Shown here piece after piece: positions 10,767 to 20,762 of a stretch of DNA of 64,000 bases. Under the pieces are notes generated by a model. The model was not told the DNA's origin, did no database searches, and worked only from the letters and a program-made list of their open reading frames with translations. How positions within the stretch are numbered: position 1 is the first letter of the stretch; the number at the start of each line of letters is the position of its first letter. Made by a program: the position numbers and the translations under genes. The stretch comes from Alphaproteobacteria bacterium. GTDB lineage: Bacteria; Pseudomonadota; Alphaproteobacteria; UBA7887. The stretch lies in NCBI GenBank assembly GCA_965216755.1, contig CBDCGL010000011.1, forward strand, positions 3,008,001-3,072,000, in the 5' to 3' direction.

Positions 10767-11855
10767 CTATTTGATGTAGCCGAGCTCCTCCCACAACGCG
10801 TAGTCCTTGCGAAACGTGCTCAGCGACTCCCAGGCGCGGGCGAAGTCCGCGTCCTTGGCGGCTTCGTCGGCGACCACCTCATCCCACGCCGTGGCAAACG
10901 CCGCCAACATCTCAGGCGACCAACTGTGCAGTTCAACGCCATGGCCCTGCAGGGTCTTGAGGGCGGTGAACTGGGTTGCTTCACCCTCGGCCAGGCTATG
11001 GCGGATATTGTCGCCACATGCCATTTCGATCATGGCCTTTTGGCGTTCCGACAGCGTGTTCCAGCGTTCGATGTTGATCAGAAGCTCGCCCAGACTGGCC
11101 GGCTGATGCCAGCCTGGGAAGTAATAATGCTGCGCGACTTGATAAAAGCCGAGGTCGAGGTCGATCGCCGGCATGGAGAACTCGGTCGCGTCGATCGTGC
11201 CGAGTTCCAAGGCTGGGAATATATCGCCGGGCGCCAGTAATTGTGTCGAGACGCCGAATTTCTCCATGACCAAGGCGCCCAAGCCAAAGAAACGCATCTT
11301 CAGGCCGTTGAGATCGTCGACAGATGTGATCGTGTGGCGAAACCAACCCGACCCTTCCGGTGGGATAATCTGGCAATGCAGCGCGTAGATATTGTGGCGC
11401 TGATAGATTTCACGAAACAGTTCCTCGCCACCGCCATAATAAAGCCAAGCTAAATATTCGCCCGGTCGGGGACCGAACGGGATTGCGGCGAAGATTTGCA
11501 TCGCCGGCAGTTTTCCGGCCCAAAATCCGGGGCTCGAACAGCCGGCGTCGATGGCGCCGGAAGACACCGCGTCGAATATTTCAAGCACCGGCACCAACGC
11601 ACCGGGCTCAAAGAACTTGAGCTCGATTTCGCCACCGGTCGCGGCCACCAATCGTTCGGTGAATTGCAGGCAATGGGTTCCTGCGATCGGCAAAGAACTG
11701 GCGAAGGCGCTGGCCATTTTCCAACGCACCGGTTCGGTCTGGCCGCTCGACGTTCCGTCGGCCTGGTCCTGCGCCGTCGGTGCCGGCTGCAGGACAAACC
11801 GTCCAATGGCCAAACCGATGATCAATGCGGCAATGGCGATCGCCGAAGATTTCAT
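10767..11855 (-). CDS. TRAP transporter solute-binding protein (DctP/TakP-like)
   Basis: WKMASAF, GLKMRFFGLG, ALELGTIDATEF, YYFPGWHQP. Confidence 0.9.
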   Translation of the reverse strand: MKSSAIAIAALIIGLAIGRFVLQPAPTAQDQADGTSSGQTEPVRWKMASAFASSLPIAGTHCLQFTERLVAATGGEIELKFFEPGALVPVLEIFDAVSSGAIDAGCSSPGFWAGKLPAMQIFAAIPFGPRPGEYLAWLYYGGGEELFREIYQRHNIYALHCQIIPPEGSGWFRHTITSVDDLNGLKMRFFGLGALVMEKFGVSTQLLAPGDIFPALELGTIDATEFSMPAIDLDLGFYQVAQHYYFPGWHQPASLGELLINIERWNTLSERQKAMIEMACGDNIRHSLAEGEATQFTALKTLQGHGVELHSWSPEMLAAFATAWDEVVADEAAKDADFARAWESLSTFRKDYALWEELGYIK

Positions 11856-12100
11856 GATTTCCCTCTCCTGTGCCGCGAGACAAGCGGGCCGTGGCCCGCG
11901 TGTCCACAGTGAGCAACCATCATCACCTGTCCGAAGCCGACCGCAAGCGCCAATGCGCGGTCGGTGGCGTATCCGATTTCTTGATCTGTGATGGCGCGGC
12001 GGTCCGCGTGCCAGCCTATAAGCTCTGCTGGACTTGGTCTTGATCCGTGTCCATAAACACCTGGATCAAGGGCGGAGCCGGGTTTGTTTGGGATGGGCAC

Positions 12101-12223
12101 ATGACAATCCACAGGCGCGTTTTGGAATGGCAAGCCGCGCATCCGACAATCACCTGGATATTTTGGGGAATTGTCTGGCTGATCGTGTTTGTGTTGCTGC
12201 TGTGGCCGCAAACAGCGAGTTAG
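12101..12223 (+). CDS. Small single-TM membrane protein (40 aa), not in the ORF track
   Basis: MTIHRRVLEWQAAHPTITWIFWGIVWLIVFVLLLWPQTAS*; stop 4 nt before the cytochrome c start. Confidence 0.65.
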   Translation: MTIHRRVLEWQAAHPTITWIFWGIVWLIVFVLLLWPQTAS

Positions 12224-12227
12224 GCGA

Positions 12228-12581
12228 ATGATGCGCAATTTCGCCAGGTTTCGCGGCGCTTTGGCATGTGCGGCCATTGCGATCAGCGTCGCGGGCGGCG
12301 CGCTGACACTTCGCGCCAGCGGTGTCGGCGACGCGGCAGCGGGGCGCCTGTTGGCGGCGCGCCATTGTGGCCGTTGCCACGGAATTGGCGATGCCACCCA
12401 AAGCCCTTTGCCGCAGGCGCCCTTGTTCAGTGCGATCGCGCGCGCCTGGCCGCCGGATCACTTGGCCGAAGCACTGGCCGAGGGGATTGTGGTGGGGCAT
12501 GCGGCTATGCCGGCCTTCGTTTTTTCGACACCGGAAATCGATGACTTGTTGGCGTACATGAAGGCGATCACCCAGGATTGA
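12228..12581 (+). CDS. Small class I cytochrome c
   Basis: Signal peptide, CGRCH, APLF..IA, GHAAMP axial Met. Confidence 0.9.
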   Translation: MMRNFARFRGALACAAIAISVAGGALTLRASGVGDAAAGRLLAARHCGRCHGIGDATQSPLPQAPLFSAIARAWPPDHLAEALAEGIVVGHAAMPAFVFSTPEIDDLLAYMKAITQD

Positions 12582-12609
12582 ACAGACTCAACGGCGGCTG
12601 CGGCAGGCC

Positions 12610-13308
12610 TTATTTCTGAAAGTCCAACAGGCAATTGTTGGACGGCATATCGATGGCGTCAACCAACCGCAGACCGTGGCGGCGTGCCGCGGCTTCGACA
12701 TCTATGATGTCGCGCACACCCCATTGCGGATTGCGGTGGCGCAGGCTGGAATCGAAATCGATATTGCGATCCGAAAAATGGCGGCCATCGCGCAGGAAGC
12801 AGCCATAGCATAACAGGCGTCCGCCCGCCGGCAACAGGGCTTCGGCACCCGCCAAGATACCTTCGGTGGCCGCCCATGGCGCGATATGAAGCACGTTGAC
12901 GACGACCATGGCGGCAACCGGGACGTCGATCGTGCCCCACCAGCGACTCTGCGTCGCATCGATATTCAGCGGTGCTTCCAAGTTCTCGCTATGCACCTCC
13001 GCCGTCCATGCCGCGATGCTGGCGCGCGCTTCGGAACTGGGATCACTCGGCAGCCACATCAAGTGGGGAAAGGTGGTGGCGAAAGCGCAGATATGTTGGC
13101 CGGGGCCGCTTCCGATTTCCAACACCCGGCCTTGGACGGGTAGGCGCGGTCGCAAGGCTTCGATGATCGGAGCCAAATTGCGCGCCGCGGCTGGCGAAAT
13201 GTGGCGTACCTGGTCGCGGGTATCGCGACTCACCGCCGCCCAATAGGCCGACGGTTCGGACCAGCTGGCCTTTTCTTCGTCGTCCAATTCTCGGCCGCCA
13301 GAGATCAT
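12610..13308 (-). CDS. DUF938-family SAM-dependent methyltransferase
   Basis: SPAAARNL.PI, VLEIGSGPGQH, FD.SLR.RNP.WGVRD, MPSNN. Confidence 0.85.
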   Translation of the reverse strand: MISGGRELDDEEKASWSEPSAYWAAVSRDTRDQVRHISPAAARNLAPIIEALRPRLPVQGRVLEIGSGPGQHICAFATTFPHLMWLPSDPSSEARASIAAWTAEVHSENLEAPLNIDATQSRWWGTIDVPVAAMVVVNVLHIAPWAATEGILAGAEALLPAGGRLLCYGCFLRDGRHFSDRNIDFDSSLRHRNPQWGVRDIIDVEAAARRHGLRLVDAIDMPSNNCLLDFQK

Positions 13309-13883
13309 TGTCGCGTTGCGGCCGGCAGTGCGGGAAAGCCGGCCCGCATGTAGATAATGGTTTGCCAGATCTCAGGCTCGTCAAGCTTGTCTTTGAACGC
13401 CGGCATGGCCGAGCCGAACGCCGCGCCGCCCTCCGCGATCGACCACAGTAAATAGCCGTCGATTGCCTGCGGCCGTTCGATCATGAAGGCCAGCAACGCC
13501 GGTGAGGGGCGCAAGTCATTGCCGGCATCGCCGTCGCCCATGCCGTTGGCGCCATGACAGGCGGCGCAATGGGCCGCGTATACGGCGCCACCGTCCCCAA
13601 CGAATTTCGATGTCGCCGGATAGGGACTAAAGCGGTTGCGATATTCCACCGGCACGCCGCCTTGAATGAACTCGCGATGGCGCTGGCTGCGTTTGGCCAT
13701 TGCCTCGGCAATTGCCTCGGAATCTGCGTCAATGGCCGTGTCCGGATCGCAGCACCAATAGTCTTGGCCCTCCGCCATCACCGAATCTTGTTGGGCAAAT
13801 CCGCCCTGCGGCGGGAACGCAAACAACCACACGGCACATATGCCGATGACATAGCCGAACCGCCGCAATGCCGCATTTTTCAT
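13305..13883 (-). CDS. Monoheme cytochrome c
   Basis: Signal peptide, CAACHG..G.GDG, SAMPAF. Confidence 0.85.
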   Translation of the reverse strand: MKNAALRRFGYVIGICAVWLFAFPPQGGFAQQDSVMAEGQDYWCCDPDTAIDADSEAIAEAMAKRSQRHREFIQGGVPVEYRNRFSPYPATSKFVGDGGAVYAAHCAACHGANGMGDGDAGNDLRPSPALLAFMIERPQAIDGYLLWSIAEGGAAFGSAMPAFKDKLDEPEIWQTIIYMRAGFPALPAATRQ

Positions 13884-14039
13884 CGCTCGCCGCCGCCTTT
13901 CATTCGTTATCAGTCACGTAACCCTAGCCCGGTCGGCACGGATCATGCCAGACATGGATCAAGCGCGCCCATCTTTCGACGCCCGTGCACGCGTGCGGTA
14001 TTTGCGCTAGCCTTAGAGACAAAAGGTCGGGAGGACAGT

Positions 14040-15314
14040 ATGAAACGCATGGCCATCGGTTTGGTGTTGTGGAGCACGTTCGCGACGGCGGCATGGGCGG
14101 CGGGCGATCCAATGCCGCGCGTGGACCCCGAAACCGTCGGTTTGTCCAGCGAACGGCTGGGCCAAATCACGGCCGTGATCGGTGAAGAAATCGAAAACGG
14201 TGAACTGCCGGGCGCGGTGGTGCTAGTCGCGCGACGGGGAAAGACGGCTCTGTTTGAAGCCATCGGCTTTCGTGATCGCGCGGCCGCGGCGCCGATGACG
14301 GCCGACGCCATTTTCAGAATCTATTCCATGACCAAGCCAATCGTCAGTGTCGCAGCGATGACACTGGTCGAGGATGGCAAGATGCATTTGGCGGAACCGA
14401 TCTCGAAATATCTACCGGCATTCAGTGAGATGACTGTGGCCGTCGCGGGGCAGGATCCCGAGACCGGCGCCGAGACGGTCGACATGGTGGCGGCGGCGCG
14501 ACCGATCACGGTGCAGGACCTGTTGCGCCACACGTCAGGCCTCGGTTATGCGTTTCTCGGCGATCATCCGGCGTTGACCGCGGTCCGCGAGGCCGGATTG
14601 GCGTCGTTTTCGCTCGACATGACCATTGCCGAATATGCGCGGGAATTGGCCGCGTTGCCGCTGGTCTGGCAACCCGGGACAACGTGGGAATACGGCCGTT
14701 CGTCGGATGTTTTGGGGGCCTTGGTCGAGGCCGTGTCCGGTCGACCGCTGGATGACTTCGTTGCGCAACGCATCCTCGGACCGCTCGGCATGGTCGACAG
14801 CGGCTTTTCGGTGCCACCGGAAAAACACCAGCGTATCGCCGCGCCGCAGCCCTATGCCGATACCGGTGAAACCGACAATCTGATCGACGTGACCGTACCG
14901 CCGAAGATGTTCGCGGGCGGGCATGGCATGGTGGCGACGGTTGCCGACTATGCGCGCTTTTGCCAGATGATGCTGAATGGCGGCAGTTTGGATGGCGCGC
15001 GCATTTTGGGGCCAAGGACGGTCGCCTATATCGCCTCTGATCACGTTGGCGAGTCGATCGCCAAGACCGGTACCCGCTATTTACCCGGGCCCGGGAACGG
15101 CTTTGGTTTGGGCTTTGGCGTGAGGGTCGCCGCCGGTGAAGCGGCGCTACCGGGTTCCGTCGGCGGATATTATTGGGGCGGCTATGCCGGCACCTATTTT
15201 TGGATCGACCCGGTCGAAGAGCTGGTCGTCGTCTGGATGTCGCAACGGGTACGCGACCGCCAGCACTATCGTCATCTGCTGCGCAACCTGGTCTACCAAG
15301 CAATCATCGATTGA
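14040..15314 (+). CDS. Serine hydrolase, beta-lactamase class C/esterase family
   Basis: FRIYSMTKPI (SxxK), LLRHTSG, PG..WEYG, WGGYAGT; signal peptide. Confidence 0.9.
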   Translation: MKRMAIGLVLWSTFATAAWAAGDPMPRVDPETVGLSSERLGQITAVIGEEIENGELPGAVVLVARRGKTALFEAIGFRDRAAAAPMTADAIFRIYSMTKPIVSVAAMTLVEDGKMHLAEPISKYLPAFSEMTVAVAGQDPETGAETVDMVAAARPITVQDLLRHTSGLGYAFLGDHPALTAVREAGLASFSLDMTIAEYARELAALPLVWQPGTTWEYGRSSDVLGALVEAVSGRPLDDFVAQRILGPLGMVDSGFSVPPEKHQRIAAPQPYADTGETDNLIDVTVPPKMFAGGHGMVATVADYARFCQMMLNGGSLDGARILGPRTVAYIASDHVGESIAKTGTRYLPGPGNGFGLGFGVRVAAGEAALPGSVGGYYWGGYAGTYFWIDPVEELVVVWMSQRVRDRQHYRHLLRNLVYQAIID

Positions 15315-15327
15315 TGGATGGATCAAT

Positions 15328-16368
15328 TCAAGGCGGCGTCAGCATCACCTTGACCTGATCCGACGGCTTTTTCAGCGCCTCGAAGGCATCGGAAAACGCA
15401 TCGAAATCGACCCGGTCGGAGATGAACCGGCCGGGCGCGATGCGGCCATTGCCGAGCATATCGACGACGATCTCAAAGTCGCGCTTGCGATAGACGAAGG
15501 CGAAACTGACATCCAGTTCCTTGACGATGGCGCGGCCGGGAAAAACCGTATCTGACGCCATGCACAGGCCGACAACGACCACACGCGCGTCGAACGGCGC
15601 ATAGTCGATGGCGCGTTGCAGCGATCCCGGCACACCAACACAGTCGAACACCACTTGCGGTCCGCTCGGGCTGATCGCCGTGACGCGACTTTGCACGTCC
15701 TCGCGACTGGCATCGATCGCCGCGGTGGCGCCAAAGGCGGCGGCGGCTTCGGCGCGCGCGGCCAGCAGGTCGCTGACGATGATGTGGCGAGCGCCATAGA
15801 ACCGACACCACAGGGCGACCGCCAAGCCGACAGGTCCGGCGCCGACGATCAGAACCGTGTCGGCGGGGTCGAGGCGCGCCTTGGTGACGGCGTTAAGGCC
15901 AACAGCCAACGGTTCGACCAAGGCGCCTTCTTCGAAGCTGACATTTTCTGGCAGCTTCAACGTCGCGCCGGCGCCGACGCGGGTGTATTCGGCATAGGCG
16001 CCCGGCAGATCCAAATTGGCACGCATGGTGACCTGGGCACAGCGGTAGGCGCGTCCGGCCAGGCATGCCGAACACGCGCCACAGCCGATAAACGGTTGCG
16101 CTGTCACCCGGTCGCCGACCGCCCAGCGGTCGCGGGCATCGCGACCAACTTCAATGACTTCGCCGGCGAATTCATGGCCCATCACCGCACCGGGCTTTAG
16201 CACGCGCCAGCCCCCCTCCGCGCTGCGATTCTCCGACCAATGAACATCGGTGCCGCATATGCCGCACGCCTTGACCTTCAGGATCAGGTCGTCGGGACCC
16301 GGCTCAGGGTCGGCGATATCTTCGATGACAAGGGGCGCGCCATGCGCCTTGAACACGGCCGCTCTCAT
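15328..16368 (-). CDS. Zn-dependent medium-chain alcohol dehydrogenase
   Basis: CGICGTD, GHEFAG, CGACSAC...C structural Zn site, GAGPVG. Confidence 0.9.
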   Translation of the reverse strand: MRAAVFKAHGAPLVIEDIADPEPGPDDLILKVKACGICGTDVHWSENRSAEGGWRVLKPGAVMGHEFAGEVIEVGRDARDRWAVGDRVTAQPFIGCGACSACLAGRAYRCAQVTMRANLDLPGAYAEYTRVGAGATLKLPENVSFEEGALVEPLAVGLNAVTKARLDPADTVLIVGAGPVGLAVALWCRFYGARHIIVSDLLAARAEAAAAFGATAAIDASREDVQSRVTAISPSGPQVVFDCVGVPGSLQRAIDYAPFDARVVVVGLCMASDTVFPGRAIVKELDVSFAFVYRKRDFEIVVDMLGNGRIAPGRFISDRVDFDAFSDAFEALKKPSDQVKVMLTPP

Positions 16369-16452
16369 GATGGATCTCCATTGCACGCGCGATCACGGAA
16401 ACAGGGTGACGCGCCGTCGGCCGAATGGCAATGGCAACCGCGGCTGTGCCGA

Positions 16453-17406
16453 TCAGAGATTTGCGCGCAACAGGGCGGCGTCGTCCTCGGGCGATGATGG
16501 ATTGACCGCCACGGCGGTGCCGAGCTCGAAGCCGGCCGGCGTGCGAAGGTCGGGAACCAAACGCAGCCGCCAATGCCAGTATGGCGAATCGCCACGGCCG
16601 ACCGGTGCGGAATCGATGACGAAGTTATAGGGCGGGTCGTCAAGCGCCGCGCGGATCACAGCCAGACCGCGCCGCAGCGCCGCCGCCAAGGCAAGCCGTT
16701 GCGCGGAATCACAATCGACGAAGGCGGCCTGGTGACGGCGCGGCAGCAACCACATTTCGCACGGGCCGGCCGCCGCAAACGGCACCAAGCAGACGATGTG
16801 GTCATTCGCGAACACCAGCCTTTCGCCGGTCCGGCGTTCGGTTTCCAGCACATCACAGGTCGGGCAGGCCTGGCGGTCGCGAAAAATCGCCGCAAGCCAC
16901 GTGTCGGTCGCGTCCAGCATCGGCGGCATAAAATCGAGCGCGATGATTTGGGCGTGCGCGTGGGTCAAACTGGCGCCGGCGTCGGCGCCCTGGTTGCGAA
17001 ACAGATGTACGGTTCGCGTGCCGGGGCGCGCCGACAAGGCGACGCTGCGTTGATGATAGGTCTCAACACATGCCGCGATGACCTGCTCGGACAAATCGCC
17101 CAGCGTTTCATTATGATTGGGCGTTTCGATGATCACTTCGTGGCGGCCAGACGCGTTGCCCGCGCTTGAAACGATCGGGAATTTGTTGGCGACCACACGG
17201 ATTTGCCATGATCCGTCGGTCGCGCCTGGCACGTCGGCGATCATCGGCGCCAGCTGCGATTCGTTGCCCGGACAAAACGGGCAGTTGGGGTCGTAGGCGG
17301 CACCGTCGCCAGAGGCACGCGGGCGCCGGTGGTGTGGCCGCTGGCCGCGTTGCGGGGCGATCAGCACCTGCGCACCGGTGGTGATATCTTGGCGCAACTG
17401 GCTCAT
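16453..17406 (-). CDS. GalT-like (HIT superfamily) nucleotidyltransferase
   Basis: CPFCPGNE, RVVANKFP, GRHEVIIETP.H, AGASLTHAHAQ. Confidence 0.85.
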   Translation of the reverse strand: MSQLRQDITTGAQVLIAPQRGQRPHHRRPRASGDGAAYDPNCPFCPGNESQLAPMIADVPGATDGSWQIRVVANKFPIVSSAGNASGRHEVIIETPNHNETLGDLSEQVIAACVETYHQRSVALSARPGTRTVHLFRNQGADAGASLTHAHAQIIALDFMPPMLDATDTWLAAIFRDRQACPTCDVLETERRTGERLVFANDHIVCLVPFAAAGPCEMWLLPRRHQAAFVDCDSAQRLALAAALRRGLAVIRAALDDPPYNFVIDSAPVGRGDSPYWHWRLRLVPDLRTPAGFELGTAVAVNPSSPEDDAALLRANL

Positions 17407-17415
17407 GGGCGACGA

Positions 17416-18618
17416 TCAGCCGCCGAGCGAAAAACTGGGCCGGAAAGCGCCGACCAGATCCAAATAATCTTCCATCAAACGGGTCATCAAATAACGCGAG
17501 ATCACTGTTTGGCGGGCCTTCTGACCCAAGCGGCGGCGCAGGCCCGGGTCCCTGACCAAAGCGACGATTCTCTCTGCCGCCTGTTCGACTGTGTCGACCA
17601 AGAAACCGCTGACACCATCGTCGATCTGGTGTCGAATGCCGCCGACATTGCCGCCGATCACGGCGCGTTCCTTCCACATCGCCTCGGTGACCGTCAGGCC
17701 AAACCCCTCGCGCAGCGATTTTTGCAACACCACGGCCGCCCTGCGTTGCAGGGCGTTGACCAAAGCGGTGTCCTGGCACGACAGGATAATGATTCGCTCA
17801 CCAGCGCAGTCGCACAGGGACTCGAACACGTCTTGGCCTTCCGGGTCGTCGGTGGCGACATTGCCGACCAAAACAAGCGTGGCGTCGATCTGCCGGCGTG
17901 CCAATCGGAACGCCTCTATCACGCCCGCAGGATCCTTCCAGCGATCGAATCGGGAGATCTGCACGACCAGCGGCTGGTCGGTGGGAATATTGTAATGCGC
18001 CAAACGGTCTTCGATTTCCGCCTCGCTCAGGTCGCGGTTGGTCGATGAAAAAGGATTGATCGCCGGCATCAAGAAGCGCTGGGGAATGTTCAAAGGCTGC
18101 GCGTATTCCGGCAGCGACACCACGGCCGCGTCATATTTTTCGATGAAGCTCGACAGATAAGCCCACAGTTCCGGGTCCGGTTGCGATAGGTCGACATGGC
18201 AGCGCCAGATCCAGGGGCTCTTCTTGCGAAAATGACGAATCAGCGGCAACGGTTGCGGATCGTGAACGATAACGGTGTCGTGGTCCAAATGCATCCGCGC
18301 GGCATTTTCGAACACGACCTCTTCGTAGATTTGCTTCTTCTGCGCCGACAGGTTGATCGTGCCGCCCTGCAAGGCATTGTGCATCTTCTTGGTAACACTA
18401 AAGAAATCCGGCCGGCCTTGTATCACCCGCCAGCCGGTCGGCAAGCCGGCCGCGTTCATCAGCAATGTCAATGACGACAGGATCTCAGCCACGCCGCCGC
18501 CATAGTAGGTGGAGTTGATGTTGACAATGTGGTGGTCACGCAACGCCGTCGCTTTGCCCAGCACGCGGTCAACGGTCGCCGCACCGACATAGGGTTCATA
18601 GGCGGTCACGGTTGGCAT
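17416..18618 (-). CDS. treT: Trehalose glycosyltransferring synthase (GT4); start may extend to 18705
   Basis: NSTYYGGGVAEIL, TKKMHNALQG, VHDPQP, WRCHVD, QISRFDRWKDP, QKSLREGFGLTVTEAMWK. Confidence 0.85.
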   Translation of the reverse strand: MPTVTAYEPYVGAATVDRVLGKATALRDHHIVNINSTYYGGGVAEILSSLTLLMNAAGLPTGWRVIQGRPDFFSVTKKMHNALQGGTINLSAQKKQIYEEVVFENAARMHLDHDTVIVHDPQPLPLIRHFRKKSPWIWRCHVDLSQPDPELWAYLSSFIEKYDAAVVSLPEYAQPLNIPQRFLMPAINPFSSTNRDLSEAEIEDRLAHYNIPTDQPLVVQISRFDRWKDPAGVIEAFRLARRQIDATLVLVGNVATDDPEGQDVFESLCDCAGERIIILSCQDTALVNALQRRAAVVLQKSLREGFGLTVTEAMWKERAVIGGNVGGIRHQIDDGVSGFLVDTVEQAAERIVALVRDPGLRRRLGQKARQTVISRYLMTRLMEDYLDLVGAFRPSFSLGG

Positions 18619-18872
18619 GTGGAAACCGCCGTCGACTGGCGCGATCGCGGCGGAGGGCGAAGCAGGGCGTGTGGCCGAGTGGGCAGGATCTAGAAGATCG
18701 GACATGCGTGTTAGGGTTCCAGGTTGCGGGCACGGCGCGGACAAAGGTCATTCACGATCGAAGACCCGCATAATGTGTCCCATTTATTCCGGTTTTCCTA
18801 TGAGGTTGCCACATCCGGACGGTGGTCTCCGCCAAACAATGCTATGTCTTAGTGATTTGCATCAACGCGCCT

Positions 18873-18899
18873 CACGCACCCCACGCACCCCACGCACCC
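18873..18899 (+). repeat. Short tandem repeat (CACGCACCC)x3
   Basis: Three exact 9-bp copies immediately before the AGGAG RBS of the next gene. Confidence 0.85.
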
Positions 18900-18911
18900 A
18901 GGAGACAGCCC

Positions 18912-19466
18912 ATGAACCGACTGCCCGATCTATCGCCTGAGGCGATCACCGACAGCCAACGACAGGTGCTTGACGAAATTCAAGGCGGGCCGCGCGGCAG
19001 CGCCGCCTATGGGCCGTTTTTAGGCTGGCTGTGGAGCCCGCCGTTCACCGACCATGCGCAGCGCATGGGCGCCTATTTGCGCTTTGAGACCGTGCTCGAT
19101 GCGCGCCTCAAAGAACTGGCGATCCTTTATGTCGGACGGCTGTGGACGGCGCAGTTCGAATGGTTCGCGCACAAGAAATTCGCCCTCAACGCCGGTCTTG
19201 GCGCCGACATCATCGACGCCATCGAGCAGCGCCGCCGGCCCGACTTCGTCAAACAAGACGAAGCCGCCGTGTATGATTTCGTCGCCGAACTGCATGACAC
19301 CCGCCGGGTTAGCGATGCCGGTTTCGCCGCCGCACGCGAACATCTGGGCGACGCTGGCGTGGCCGAATTGGTCGGCGTGGTAGGTTATTACACCCTGGTG
19401 TCGATGACGTTAAACGCGTTTGAGATCCCCATGCCTGACGGATCGCCCGGCCCACTGGCGCCGTAA
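18912..19466 (+). CDS. Carboxymuconolactone decarboxylase/AhpD-like protein
   Basis: GPRG...GPF, ELAIL...W.AQFEW.AH, VGYYTLVSMTLN. Confidence 0.8.
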   Translation: MNRLPDLSPEAITDSQRQVLDEIQGGPRGSAAYGPFLGWLWSPPFTDHAQRMGAYLRFETVLDARLKELAILYVGRLWTAQFEWFAHKKFALNAGLGADIIDAIEQRRRPDFVKQDEAAVYDFVAELHDTRRVSDAGFAAAREHLGDAGVAELVGVVGYYTLVSMTLNAFEIPMPDGSPGPLAP

Positions 19467-19490
19467 GCGCGGGTTTTGAGGACGCCGCAT

Positions 19491-19964
19491 ATGAAACTAT
19501 CGATGACGGACAAGAATCGCGACAGCTTGGCGCTGCTGCTGTTGCGGCTTGGTTTGGGTTGGTTTTTGTTGGTCTGGGCGGTCAACAAGTTCTTGGCGCC
19601 GGGGCAATATGAAAAGATATGGGGCTATTTTTACGGCATCGAAATCGGCCCGGCGATGCCCTATGTGTTTGGCGCGCTGCAGGCGTTGATTGCGATCGCC
19701 ATGATTCTCGGCATCGGCCGTATTATCAGCTACGGACTCGGATTTTTGCTCCATGGGGTCACCGTCGTGGTGATTCTGCCGGCACTGTTGGCGCCGTTCG
19801 TGATCGAAAAAGGCTTCCCGGTGAACCGCAACAATGCGGTCGCCGTGGCCGTGCTCGGCGGCTTGGCGGCGCTGTGGTTGCTGCGCCACCGCGATCACTG
19901 GTCGCTCGACGTGTGGCTGGCGAAGCGCCGTGGCCACGCGCCGTCGGCTACATCGTCAGCGTGA
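19491..19964 (+). CDS. DoxX-like membrane protein
   Basis: LLLLRLGLG...KF, four TM segments, WSLD. Confidence 0.7.
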   Translation: MKLSMTDKNRDSLALLLLRLGLGWFLLVWAVNKFLAPGQYEKIWGYFYGIEIGPAMPYVFGALQALIAIAMILGIGRIISYGLGFLLHGVTVVVILPALLAPFVIEKGFPVNRNNAVAVAVLGGLAALWLLRHRDHWSLDVWLAKRRGHAPSATSSA

Positions 19965-20739
19965 CGCCACCGTCGACGACCAATTCGACGCCGGTGATAT
20001 AACGGGCATCGTCCGACGCCAGAAAAAGCGCCGCGCGCGCCGTGTCCCAGGCATCGCCCATGAAACCCATCGGGCATTGGGCGTCGCGCTTGGCGATCAT
20101 AGCGTCGACATCATCATAGGCGGCCGCCACGGCGCCACGGATCAGCGGCGTGTCCATCAACCCCGGCAACACACTGTTGCAGCGAATACCTTGCTTGGCA
20201 TATTGCAGGGCGATGTTGCGCGTCATGGCGTTGATCGCGCCTTTCGATGCCGAATACGACACGCATGGGTAGCCAAGTGAATAAAACGATGCGATCGACG
20301 AGATGTTGACGATCGCGCCGCTTTTTTGCCGCGCCATATGTGGCAGTACATGGCGGCAGGTCAGATACATGCTTTTGACGTTGATATCGATCAGTCGATC
20401 CCAAGCGGCTTCGTCGATCTCTTCCGGGCCGCCCGGTTCGACAATACCGACATTATTGTGCAGCACGTCGACGCGGCCAAAGCGATCGGCGCAAGCGTCG
20501 GCCATGGCCGCGACCGCTTGGGTGTCGCTGACATCGGCGGCAAACGTCTCGCAAACACCGCCTTCGTCGGCGATGATTTGGGCGGTTTCCGCGGCCGCTT
20601 CGGGATTGATGTCCACCGCCAGCACGTTCGCGCCTTCGCGCGCATACAACACGGCCGCCGCTTTGCCGTTGCCCCAGCCCGGCCCGCTCGATCCCGCGCC
20701 GGTGACAATCGCCACTTTATCCTTCAGTCGATCGGCCAT
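19948..20739 (-). CDS. Classical SDR oxidoreductase
   Basis: VTGAGS.GPGWGNG, NNVG, NISS, YSASK. Confidence 0.9.
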   Translation of the reverse strand: MADRLKDKVAIVTGAGSSGPGWGNGKAAAVLYAREGANVLAVDINPEAAAETAQIIADEGGVCETFAADVSDTQAVAAMADACADRFGRVDVLHNNVGIVEPGGPEEIDEAAWDRLIDINVKSMYLTCRHVLPHMARQKSGAIVNISSIASFYSLGYPCVSYSASKGAINAMTRNIALQYAKQGIRCNSVLPGLMDTPLIRGAVAAAYDDVDAMIAKRDAQCPMGFMGDAWDTARAALFLASDDARYITGVELVVDGGVTLTM

Positions 20740-20762
20740 TTCGTTCGTACTTCCCCCTGGCT

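Noticed and set aside
13554-14039. Long N-terminal extensions in the ORF track (serine hydrolase from 13554, Spy from 21180, arsC from 27969)
   Set aside because: They overlap real opposite-strand genes; downstream starts fit better (RBS and signal peptide for the hydrolase and Spy, homology boundary for arsC).
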